54,994 bases of DNA, taken from NCBI GenBank assembly GCA_964345445.1, contig CAYFQT010000041.1, positions 1-54,994 of the forward strand, written 5' to 3'. Below the pieces are notes generated by a model. It searched no databases, was not told the origin of the DNA, and saw only the letters and a program-made list of their open reading frames with translations. Numbering within the stretch: position 1 is the first letter of the stretch; every line of letters begins with the position of its first letter. A program made the translations under genes and the position numbers. This document shows positions 38,082 through 48,098 of the stretch, piece by piece. Source of the DNA: an uncultured Candidatus Saccharibacteria bacterium (GTDB lineage: Bacteria; Patescibacteriota; CPR2_A; CAYFQT01).

Positions 38082-38177
38082 TTATAGGCTTGTTATATAA
38101 ACTACTGCCCCTAGGACCGAAAATGCTGCCGCGAAAAGTAATACAACTCCTACTACTAATATTTTATTGATATTCAC
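38082..38177 (-). CDS. 31-aa single-TM peptide (absent from the ORF track)
   Basis: GTG overlapping the upstream TGA, AAGGAG RBS; MNINKILVVGVVLLFAAAFSVLGAVVYITSL. Confidence 0.55.
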   Translation of the reverse strand: MNINKILVVGVVLLFAAAFSVLGAVVYITSL

Positions 38178-38446
38178 CAAATCACTCCTTTAGAAACAAG
38201 GATTCCTACAATCCAAGCAATAATTCTATTTAGATTAACAAATAGAATTAAAGCGGCAAGAAGAAGAATCATCACACTAGGAATCATTTCTTTCCAGATC
38301 AGCCGGCAAAACAACTTATCTGCTTCCTCTTTATCCATTTTGTCTAACTCTTCCCAAGTCAACTTATATGATCCAAGAAAAGGGAAAAATGGATTAACCC
38401 GATCAAACATTCTAATATGTTGGCCCACGCCTTTTACTACTGCCAT
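38174..38446 (-). CDS. Small membrane protein
   Basis: GGGGG RBS; C-terminal hydrophobic helices. Confidence 0.65.
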   Translation of the reverse strand: MAVVKGVGQHIRMFDRVNPFFPFLGSYKLTWEELDKMDKEEADKLFCRLIWKEMIPSVMILLLAALILFVNLNRIIAWIVGILVSKGVIW

Positions 38447-38582
38447 TTCCTACCCCCTTACTAGAAATTACTGCCAATATTGCTATCATTACAAATCCAA
38501 TCAAAAGCGACCAAATAATAAAATTTTCTAAAACCCTCCTTCTATAATTTCTTTCTCTTAAACTCTTTATTATCATTGACAT
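38412..38582 (-). CDS. Possible 56-aa single-TM protein (absent from the ORF track)
   Basis: MSMIIKSLRERNYRRRVLENFIIWSLLIGFVMIAILAVISSK...; start uncertain. Confidence 0.4.
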   Translation of the reverse strand: MSMIIKSLRERNYRRRVLENFIIWSLLIGFVMIAILAVISSKGVGNGSSKRRGPTY

Positions 38583-38646
38583 TTCTTCTTCTTTTCCGTC
38601 TCTGCTGATACAAATTCCAGAAAAAAGTGCTGGTCTTGCTAAGAAA

Positions 38647-38901
38647 TTACTGCTGTATCTTTCTTCTTAGAAGAAAAAAGATACAACCTGCAAGTACAAA
38701 ATTTACTATCAACGAAATAGTTGCCACTATTGTCATTTGGACTTGAGCCCACCTATCAAACTTTTGTAAAAACTGGATAAGTAAAGCCACAAATCCAATC
38801 TTTGCAGACAGAAATGCTACTATTAGTACTAGTAATATGAGAAAAATCCATCGCATTCCTTTGGAATCTAAAACCGCATGCAGTCTATTAGTAGCTTCCA
38901 C
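38647..38901 (-). CDS. Small two-TM protein flanked by 14-bp inverted repeats
   Basis: AAGGAGG RBS and GTG start; IRs at 38628-38641 and 38941-38954. Confidence 0.7.
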   Translation of the reverse strand: MEATNRLHAVLDSKGMRWIFLILLVLIVAFLSAKIGFVALLIQFLQKFDRWAQVQMTIVATISLIVNFVLAGCIFFLLRRKIQQ

Positions 38902-39024
38902 TATCTTGCCTCCTTAATAGGAATATATTACTCCCCTCGGTAGCAAGACCAGCATCTACATCTATGTATAATCTTTTCAAAGATCTAAAAATAAAAATCA
39001 CCATAAATATGATGACAAGATAAA

Positions 39025-39053
39025 ATGATAGCACAGATTTTTCAAAATGTCAA
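39025..39053 (-). promoter_or_regulatory. Sigma70 promoter of the small-protein/tRNA-like operon
   Basis: TTGACA-17-TATCAT with TG extended -10; boxA-like AGATCTTTGAAAA at 38974-38986 downstream. Confidence 0.7.
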
Positions 39054-39056
39054 GAA

Positions 39057-40022
39057 TTATTTTAAAATCTCCGAAAATCCCTTTAAAGCCTTATAAAAAA
39101 GACCTAGACAATCGGAACGAATAGCTTCTACTTCCTCTTTAGAAATTATCCTATCTTCATATAACAACTTGGTATTAGCCATTCTCTTTAAAGAATAACG
39201 AATAATAGAAATTCTAAAAAGTTGCCTAAGTTCTCTTCTGTTGCCTTTTTTCTGTATAAATTTTAAAACCAAATCTCTTGACCATTTTTTATTACCTCTT
39301 GTTCTAACAAATAAAAAAGCTAAATCCATAGTAGGTATATCAATTCGAGCATGTTCCCAATCAAATAAAATTACAGAGTTCTTTCCAAGAAAAATATGAC
39401 TTAAATCCCAGTCTCCATGAGCTAAAACCTTGGGATAATTATCTAATAATTTTTGATTTTCAACGACGAAATTTACTGCTTGCAGAATCTTTTTATAATC
39501 TATTTCTTCTCGAAGTCGCCTTAAAGAATTAGTTATTCTATTTATATACCAAAGATAATCTGTCTGCCAAAAACCAAGTGTTTCACCTTTAGGTTTCTCC
39601 TGGGGAAGTTTGGATAAAGGAATCTTTTGGATATTCAAGAGAGTATTTACAATCAAATCTCTGTCTTTTACAGAGAGATTTTTTCTATCCAAATATTTGC
39701 CTGAAGCTAATCTAAATAAACTCCATTCTGGGATAGAAGCAATATTATACTTTAAAATTTTAGGGACCTGAATTCTATGCCCTTTTTGGAAAATTTGATT
39801 TAAGAATCTAGTATAATTGATTTCATTTATAAATGCTCTTTCAGTTTTAGGATTATCTTCCATACGAATTTTAAAGAAAAATTTTCTCTCTTTGTTATCT
39901 GTACACATAGTAGAATATTTATGAGCAGTTTTGGGAATAGAACTACAAGTAGTAAGCCCTAAGTTTTTTAAGACTTTTTTAATTTTATTATGGATATTAG
40001 GCAATAGTTTTATTCTTTTCAT
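39057..40022 (-). CDS. Aminoglycoside phosphotransferase/choline kinase-like protein
   Basis: LAHGDW..., ILFDWE Brenner-type motifs. Confidence 0.75.
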   Translation of the reverse strand: MKRIKLLPNIHNKIKKVLKNLGLTTCSSIPKTAHKYSTMCTDNKERKFFFKIRMEDNPKTERAFINEINYTRFLNQIFQKGHRIQVPKILKYNIASIPEWSLFRLASGKYLDRKNLSVKDRDLIVNTLLNIQKIPLSKLPQEKPKGETLGFWQTDYLWYINRITNSLRRLREEIDYKKILQAVNFVVENQKLLDNYPKVLAHGDWDLSHIFLGKNSVILFDWEHARIDIPTMDLAFLFVRTRGNKKWSRDLVLKFIQKKGNRRELRQLFRISIIRYSLKRMANTKLLYEDRIISKEEVEAIRSDCLGLFYKALKGFSEILK

Positions 40023-40226
40023 AGTTCTAATCCTTATAAATAATTTGCATTAATAATATATAATAAATATCCAAAAAAGCAAATAATTTCAGATTAAGAG
40101 TAATATTTAAGAGAGCCGTGCTCCGCGCGGCTCCTATTTTTCTATTTCGTGCTTAATTCTTACCTATAGTAAAATTCTTTTACAAAGTAAACATATTCGT
40201 GCAAAGTTTTGGGACCTCCCCTGCCC

Positions 40227-41968
<1,742 letters not shown>

Positions 41969-41970
<2 letters not shown>

Positions 41971-42256
41971 ATTTTATAACTGCTAATATATCTTCTTCTT
42001 TAACAATCAGATATTCCTCCCCGGAAATTTTAACCTCTGAAGGCCCATATTTAGTATATAATATTCTGTCTCCTTCTTTAATGTCCATTTTGGCTCTTTT
42101 GCCATTTTCTAAAAGTTTTCCTGGACCTGCTGCTATGACTTTACCTTCCTGAGGCTTTTCTTTGGCTGTATCTGGAAGAACTATTCCAGATTTTGTAACT
42201 TCTTCAGATTGTAATGGTTTTACAACAACCCGATCAGCTAAAGGTCTAATTTTCAT
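41969..42256 (-). CDS. groES: Co-chaperonin GroES
   Basis: [29 protein letters not shown]; start corrected to ATG 42256. Confidence 0.98.
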
Positions 42257-42371
42257 CTTAAAACTCCTTTCAGTCGTAGGTATCATATGTATCAGATGTA
42301 TCATAAGTGTCAGAGATTATATATTGTCTTTTGATACCTATGACACGTTTGACACCTATAACACTTATTTA

Positions 42372-42398
42372 TTAGCACTCGCTTAAGTAGAGTGCTAA
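42372..42398. promoter_or_regulatory. CIRCE operator (HrcA site)
   Basis: TTAGCACTC-N9-GAGTGCTAA perfect consensus just downstream of the minus-strand TTGACA(42427-32)-17-TATAAT(42404-09). Confidence 0.97.
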
Positions 42399-42520
42399 AT
42401 TCAATTATAAATATCAAAAAAATTTTTGTCAAGATATTTTTTGACAAAAAATATTCAGTATGCTAAATTAAGATATCCGTTGTAAGACGGCGCAATTTAA
42501 CAACTTGAGGGGCGATAATA

Positions 42521-43027
42521 ATGAAAAAAGTAAAACTGTTATGCAGTATTTTATTGATTCTAATTTTAGTGTTTCTTATGTTTGGTTGCAGCAAACCTAA
42601 ATCAAGCATAAAGAAAAAAACTATTTATGAGTGCAATAAAATAGAAAAAGCAGCAATAAGATTTACTTTAAAAGAAAGTTGTGAACAAATATTAGAAAAT
42701 GATGAAATAGTTGCTTTTTATGAAACAACATGTTATCAAATCCCCGAAAAAAGCGGCTATATAGGAAAGACAGGAGATTCACAAAAAGCCAAAAAACCAA
42801 TTAAAGGCTTTTCTGTAAGCTATCAATATAATCCTGATATTTCTCCTGATGATTTTGAAAGAGAAATAATAAATGGCCATACTGAATGGGAAGAAGAGGG
42901 AAAAATTAAAAAATTAAAAGTAACAAAGGTTATTGTAGAAATAAGTCCAGGTAGTGGCGGTGGCGGAATGTATTCTTTACAAGATATGGTAACTCTTATC
43001 CCGCTGGAAGTAGAAGTTATTGAATAA
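42521..43027 (+). CDS. Hypothetical lipoprotein
   Basis: Lipobox MFGC; GAGGGG RBS. Confidence 0.7.
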   Translation: MKKVKLLCSILLILILVFLMFGCSKPKSSIKKKTIYECNKIEKAAIRFTLKESCEQILENDEIVAFYETTCYQIPEKSGYIGKTGDSQKAKKPIKGFSVSYQYNPDISPDDFEREIINGHTEWEEEGKIKKLKVTKVIVEISPGSGGGGMYSLQDMVTLIPLEVEVIE

Positions 43028-43048
43028 TCCAGAAAGGAAGTGAAAAAG

Positions 43049-43255
43049 ATGTGCCCTGAATGCAGAAATAATCTTTTTGTTGCAGGGAAAACTTTTTCTT
43101 TATTTGAAGAAAAGCACCCTCACTCAGATGGTAGCACTACATACTCTTTAAATCCTAGACCAGATGCTCCAATTTAGGCTTACATATGCTGCAAATGTGG
43201 TAAAATTTTGAAAAAAATTACAGAAGGAGATAAAGAAATATTAGTGCCAGTTTAG
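43049..43255 (+). pseudogene. Zinc-ribbon ORF interrupted by an in-frame TAG (43175-43177)
   Basis: MCPEC...PI*AYICCKCG...; CxxC pairs lie on both sides of the stop; AGGAAG RBS. Confidence 0.6.
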
Positions 43256-43520
43256 TAAAATTGAAAAAATAAGATTCCCAAAGGGGTCAATTCCATAATT
43301 TTGACCCCTTTTTCTTTTTGTTTTTATAAATAAAACATAAAATTTTTACAACACTTTTCAGCCCCTGCCTGTCATCGCCATGACGAAGGCATTGGCGGGC
43401 AGGGATCGTCAAATAATGTTGTAATTTTAGCTACCTCACTTTTTGTGCCATGGCACAATAGTGTTATACCACATAAGAACTTGTTTGTTAGTAGTTTTTA
43501 TGATAACTTAAAATAAGAAA

Positions 43521-43587
43521 AGGTCTATGCCCCCAATGGCTATCAGGGGATTGGCTCGTTCCCCCCTGTACAAAGCGGGGAGATAGA
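43521..43587 (+). promoter_or_regulatory. Structured leader element shared with the hppA leader (52335-52402, minus)
   Basis: AGGTCTAT.CCCCC-N7-ATCAGGGGA..GGCTCGTTC.CCCC...GGG...ATAGA in both. Confidence 0.65.
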
Positions 43588-43596
43588 AAGTAAATT

Positions 43597-44586
43597 ATGA
43601 AAAAAAAGATTTTTTCCGGTGCTGCTCCCTCAGGAGGCAGCTTAACAATAGGAAACTATTTTGGAGCTATCAAACAATGGACAGAATACCAAGAAAAATA
43701 TGATAGCATTTTTTGCGTTGTTGACCTCCATGCTATAACTGTAAGACAAGACCCAAAACTTTTAAAACAAAGAGTGAGAGAATTTGTAAAAATTTATCTG
43801 GCTTTTGGGATTGATCCTAAAAAAGCAGTTATATTTATTCAATCTCATAGACCAGAACACACAGAACTAACTTGGATTTTAGACTGTTATACTTATATGG
43901 GAGAGCTTTCTAGAATGGTTCAATTTAAAGATAAATCCAAAAAACATCCTGAAAATATAAATGTGGGATTATTTAATTATCCAGTTCTTATGGCTTGTGA
44001 TATTCTTCTTTATCAAACCGATATTGTTCCTGTAGGGGAGGATCAAAAACAACATATTGAAATTACCAGAGATATTGCTCAAAGATTCAATGGTCTTTAT
44101 GGAAAAACATTTAAAATACCTGAGGCATTTATACCAGAGAAAGGGGCTAAAATTATGAGTCTTGGAGCCCCAGAAAATAAAATGGATAAAAGTGATCCCA
44201 AAAAATATAATATTATAACTTTAAGAGATGCGGCTGATGAAATAACCAAAAAAATAAAAAGTGCAGTAACTGACTCTGGTAAAGAAATAAAGTTTGATGA
44301 AAAAAGAAAACCAGCTATCTCCAATTTACTTACTATCTATAGTTTAGTTACAGGAAAATCTATAGGTGATATAGAGAAAAAATATACAGGCTATGGTTAT
44401 GCTGATTTCAAAAAAGATTTAGCCGAGGTGGTAGTGGAATTTTTAAAACCATTTCAGAAAAAACTGGCTCGATTGGACAAAAATCCTGACTATATAGAAA
44501 AAATTCTAAAACAAGGAGCAGAAAAAATTGCTCCAATTTCCCAAAAAACTTTGGCAGAAGTTAAAAATAAAATAGGACTTTTGTAA
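43597..44586 (+). CDS. trpS: Tryptophanyl-tRNA synthetase
   Basis: TIGN, VDLHAIT, VPVGEDQ.QH.E, KMDKS (KMSKS variant). Confidence 0.96.
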   Translation: MKKKIFSGAAPSGGSLTIGNYFGAIKQWTEYQEKYDSIFCVVDLHAITVRQDPKLLKQRVREFVKIYLAFGIDPKKAVIFIQSHRPEHTELTWILDCYTYMGELSRMVQFKDKSKKHPENINVGLFNYPVLMACDILLYQTDIVPVGEDQKQHIEITRDIAQRFNGLYGKTFKIPEAFIPEKGAKIMSLGAPENKMDKSDPKKYNIITLRDAADEITKKIKSAVTDSGKEIKFDEKRKPAISNLLTIYSLVTGKSIGDIEKKYTGYGYADFKKDLAEVVVEFLKPFQKKLARLDKNPDYIEKILKQGAEKIAPISQKTLAEVKNKIGLL

Positions 44587-44760
44587 AGTTATTAAGAATA
44601 AAGAATAGAGAATTAGGAATTAGTTAAGGCTGCGCTCTGCACAGCCTCTTTTATTTATGGAGGGTATACTTCTTAAGAACATCTAAAGAATAAATTGACT
44701 AAAAATCTAGTTCTGGTAAATTATTAAAAAGGTCATCAAAAAATTACAAATAGAACTAAA

Positions 44761-46272
44761 ATGATTGGAAAAATCCAAAAATTTATCAATAAAATCCTAG
44801 AAAATAATAAACTATTTTGGGCAACTCTAATAGCAATTTTTTTTCTTTGTCGGCTGGCTACTTGGTTTTATCCAGTAAACAGCGACCATTGGCTGTTTTA
44901 TTATATAGGCAAAAATTTTTCCGAGGGAGGAATTTTATATATAGGAGCTTGGGACCACAAACCCCCTTTGATTTTTGTATTTAATGCTATAATGCATCTT
45001 CTTTTTGGCGGAAATTTAATATTGCATAGAATATTTTTAACAATACTAACCATTTTTGATATTTATTTGTTTTATAAACTGCTCCAAATTCTTGTTCAAA
45101 AAATCAATCAAATATATACAGATAAAATAGTAAAAATCGGACTAATCTTATACATATTCTTTCGCAATCTTTCCCAATTTACCTCAAGCGGTAACAATAC
45201 AGAAAATCTGGGTATTATTTTTCTTCTTTTAATGTTTTTAAGTTATTTAAAATTCCAAGAAAAGAAAAAATGGATTTATTTATTTGCATCCGGCATAAAT
45301 TTATCCATTTTATTCTATCTTAAAGGCAATTTTATAATATTAAGTTTGCCTATTGTGGTGGGAATTCTAACCACCAGCTATAAAAACATCAAAAGATTGA
45401 TACTAAATACCTTAATATTTGCTCTTCCTTTAATCCTACAAACTGCTCTCTGGCTTTTATACTTTTATTTTCACAATGCTTTATATGATTTTTTTGTTGG
45501 CGCATATCTGTTCAGTTCAAAATACCTAAGGAGTACTTGGGCTGGCAATGTCTCACCTCATTTTATTTTTATTATTATTTTATTGCCTTTTTTTGTGCCT
45601 CTTTTGATATTTATTGTAAAATTTTTAAAAGATTACAGGCTTGTTGTCAAAGAGGAAAACTATAGATTTTTGTTCTTTCTTCTGCTGGCCAATTTGATTT
45701 TAGGAACGGCTATGGGAGCATTTTATCCCTATTATTTCTTGATTTTGCTACCTGGTTTTATTTTAATAATTTTGTATTCTGGCAATATATTTCTGGAGAT
45801 TAAAAATAAAAAAAATTTATTAATTGTGGCTATATTGTTTTTAGGTATGCTTCTTTCCTTTGTCATATCAACTAAACAATTCTATAATTATTTTTCTGGG
45901 GAAGCTAGGAAAGAAGCTGTAGAATTCCAAGCTATTGGAAATTATATCAAAAACAATACAGGCAAAGATGATAAAATTATAGTCTATACCTATGGTGCCA
46001 CTTTATATAGACTGTCTGAAAGAGATTCTGCCTCCAGATTTGTCTCCGCCAGTGTTTTACTTTTGGATGAAAGGGAAGGATATGGGTTTAATTTTAGCCA
46101 GACCTATATAGATGAAATAGAAGAAAACAAACCTAAATATTGTGTTTTTCCTAAAAGCGAAGATGATCTTTATATGCAAAATAAGAAAATTGCAAATTAT
46201 ATTCAAGAAAATTTTACTGAGGAAAAATCCTTTGATGAATTTATAGTTCTAAAAAATAAAGCTCTAAAATAG
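44761..46272 (+). CDS. GT-C fold membrane glycosyltransferase (ArnT/PMT-like)
   Basis: WDHKPPL motif, multiple TMs, soluble C-terminal domain. Confidence 0.75.
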   Translation: MIGKIQKFINKILENNKLFWATLIAIFFLCRLATWFYPVNSDHWLFYYIGKNFSEGGILYIGAWDHKPPLIFVFNAIMHLLFGGNLILHRIFLTILTIFDIYLFYKLLQILVQKINQIYTDKIVKIGLILYIFFRNLSQFTSSGNNTENLGIIFLLLMFLSYLKFQEKKKWIYLFASGINLSILFYLKGNFIILSLPIVVGILTTSYKNIKRLILNTLIFALPLILQTALWLLYFYFHNALYDFFVGAYLFSSKYLRSTWAGNVSPHFIFIIILLPFFVPLLIFIVKFLKDYRLVVKEENYRFLFFLLLANLILGTAMGAFYPYYFLILLPGFILIILYSGNIFLEIKNKKNLLIVAILFLGMLLSFVISTKQFYNYFSGEARKEAVEFQAIGNYIKNNTGKDDKIIVYTYGATLYRLSERDSASRFVSASVLLLDEREGYGFNFSQTYIDEIEENKPKYCVFPKSEDDLYMQNKKIANYIQENFTEEKSFDEFIVLKNKALK

Positions 46273-46344
46273 AAAAATGCCTTATGTTTAGCTACACTTC
46301 AACACAGGGTGTTGATTTGAGTAAAATATAGGACTAAGTAGCCA

Positions 46345-46373
46345 AAAAAGGCCGCGCGGAGCGCGGCCTTTTT
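46345..46373. terminator. Bidirectional terminator or REP-like hairpin (related: 40113-40133, 44627-44647)
   Basis: AAAAAGGCCGCGCGGAGCGCGGCCTTTTT between convergent genes. Confidence 0.8.
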
Positions 46374-46408
46374 GCTTTTCAGGCTTTTTAGAATATAGAA
46401 TAATTTAT

Positions 46409-47803
46409 CTAATCTTGCTTCTCCCAATCCAACTTCACTTCTTTATATTTAGAAATTTCATCGCTAATAATTTTTTTAATCTTCTCCAAAGCTTCAGGGG
46501 TTTTACCTTCAGCCCGTACTATCAAAGCTGGTTGAGTATTAGAAGTTCTTACTAATCCCCAACTATCTTCAAAAACTACTCGTGCACCATCTATATCAAT
46601 TACCTTATCTCCATATTTCTCCTTAAAATCTTTTACAATAGAGGTTGTTATGTCAAATTTTTTATCATCAGGGCAAAATGGTCTAAGCTCTGGGGTAGAA
46701 TAATATTTAGGAGTATCAGCAAACATCTGAGAGAAAGTCTTTTCTGTATTACTTAAAATACGCAAAAGCCTGCCTGCTGCATATAAAGCATCATCATAGC
46801 TATAATATTCGTCTCCGAAAAACATATGTCCACTCATCTCACCAGTCAAAAGAGCCTTTTCTTGATGCATTTTAGCTTCAATTAAAGAATGACCGGTTTT
46901 CCAAAAGATTGGTATACCACCATGGGAAGCTACATCTTCATAAAGCCCTTGGGAGCATTTAACTTCAATAATAATTTTAGCTTTTGGATATTTCTTTAAA
47001 ATTTCCCTGGAGAATAAAATCATCATTTGATCACCCCAAATAATATTTCCTTTTTCATCAATTGCTCCCAGGCGGTCAGCATCGCCATCAACTCCCAAAC
47101 CTAAATCTGCTTTTTCTTCTTTTACTTTTAAAATTAAATCTTGAACATAATCAATCTTTGTAGGATCAGGTAGATGATTAGGAAAATTGCCATCTGACTG
47201 ACAATATAGAGGAATTACTTCTGCCCCTAATTCGCCTAATAATTTAGGAGCAAAAAGACTAGCTGTTCCATTACCACAATCTAAAACTATTTTTAGTTTT
47301 TTAGGACCAAGTTTAATTTTGTTTTTGATCATTTTTAAATAAGACAGGGAGAAATCTTGAGATTTTAATTTACCTCTGCCTTGACTAAAATCTTCTTGTT
47401 CAATAATTTTTTGAACTTTTTTAATCTCTTTTCCATAAATACATCCTTTTTCAGCAACCAATTTAAATCCATTAAATTCAGTAGGATTATGACTGCCAGT
47501 AATCATAACTCCACCGTTAGTTTTTAAATAAAATCTAGAAATATAATAAACAATAGGGGATAAGGAAAGCCCAATATCAATTACATTACATCCTACTGAA
47601 AGCAATCCTCCTGTTAAATTATTAAAAATATCTTCTGATGATAATCTATTGTCTCTGCCTACTACCACTTCATCTATCCTTTTATTTTTAAGATAAGTCC
47701 CAAATCCTTTTCCAATTTTAAAAGCTATCTCTGGTGTTAAATCTTTTTCAGCTATCCCCCTTATATCATATTCTCTAAAAATTTGACTATTAATTTTAGT
47801 CAT
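46409..47803 (-). CDS. Phosphomannomutase/phosphoglucomutase
   Basis: FREYDIRG, TGSHNP, DGDADR, GEMSGH, RTSNT. Confidence 0.95.
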   Translation of the reverse strand: MTKINSQIFREYDIRGIAEKDLTPEIAFKIGKGFGTYLKNKRIDEVVVGRDNRLSSEDIFNNLTGGLLSVGCNVIDIGLSLSPIVYYISRFYLKTNGGVMITGSHNPTEFNGFKLVAEKGCIYGKEIKKVQKIIEQEDFSQGRGKLKSQDFSLSYLKMIKNKIKLGPKKLKIVLDCGNGTASLFAPKLLGELGAEVIPLYCQSDGNFPNHLPDPTKIDYVQDLILKVKEEKADLGLGVDGDADRLGAIDEKGNIIWGDQMMILFSREILKKYPKAKIIIEVKCSQGLYEDVASHGGIPIFWKTGHSLIEAKMHQEKALLTGEMSGHMFFGDEYYSYDDALYAAGRLLRILSNTEKTFSQMFADTPKYYSTPELRPFCPDDKKFDITTSIVKDFKEKYGDKVIDIDGARVVFEDSWGLVRTSNTQPALIVRAEGKTPEALEKIKKIISDEISKYKEVKLDWEKQD

Positions 47804-48098
47804 TATTTTCTCCCGAGTCCTTTGCTATATAAATTATTCCTTACTAAGGTCAAGGCCCCGTAGTAATGTAAGTGGATTATGGGGCTTTAAGATTTAAAAT
47901 TTTGCCTCTATATTATAACACAAATTAGCACATAGCGTATAGCGGTTAGTTAAATAGCAAAATAAAAACCAAACTATATTGCGGTCGCAGAATAGTTTGG
48001 TTTGAGAATACTCTTTAATCACTACCCACCAATCACTAAACCCTAATTACTATCCTTTAGCCCTTAACTCCCTATCATTTGTCACATATATCACAGTC

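Noticed and set aside
42257..42304. N-terminal extension of GroES in the ORF track
   Set aside because: It is translated repeat sequence; the RBS AAGGAG supports ATG 42256.
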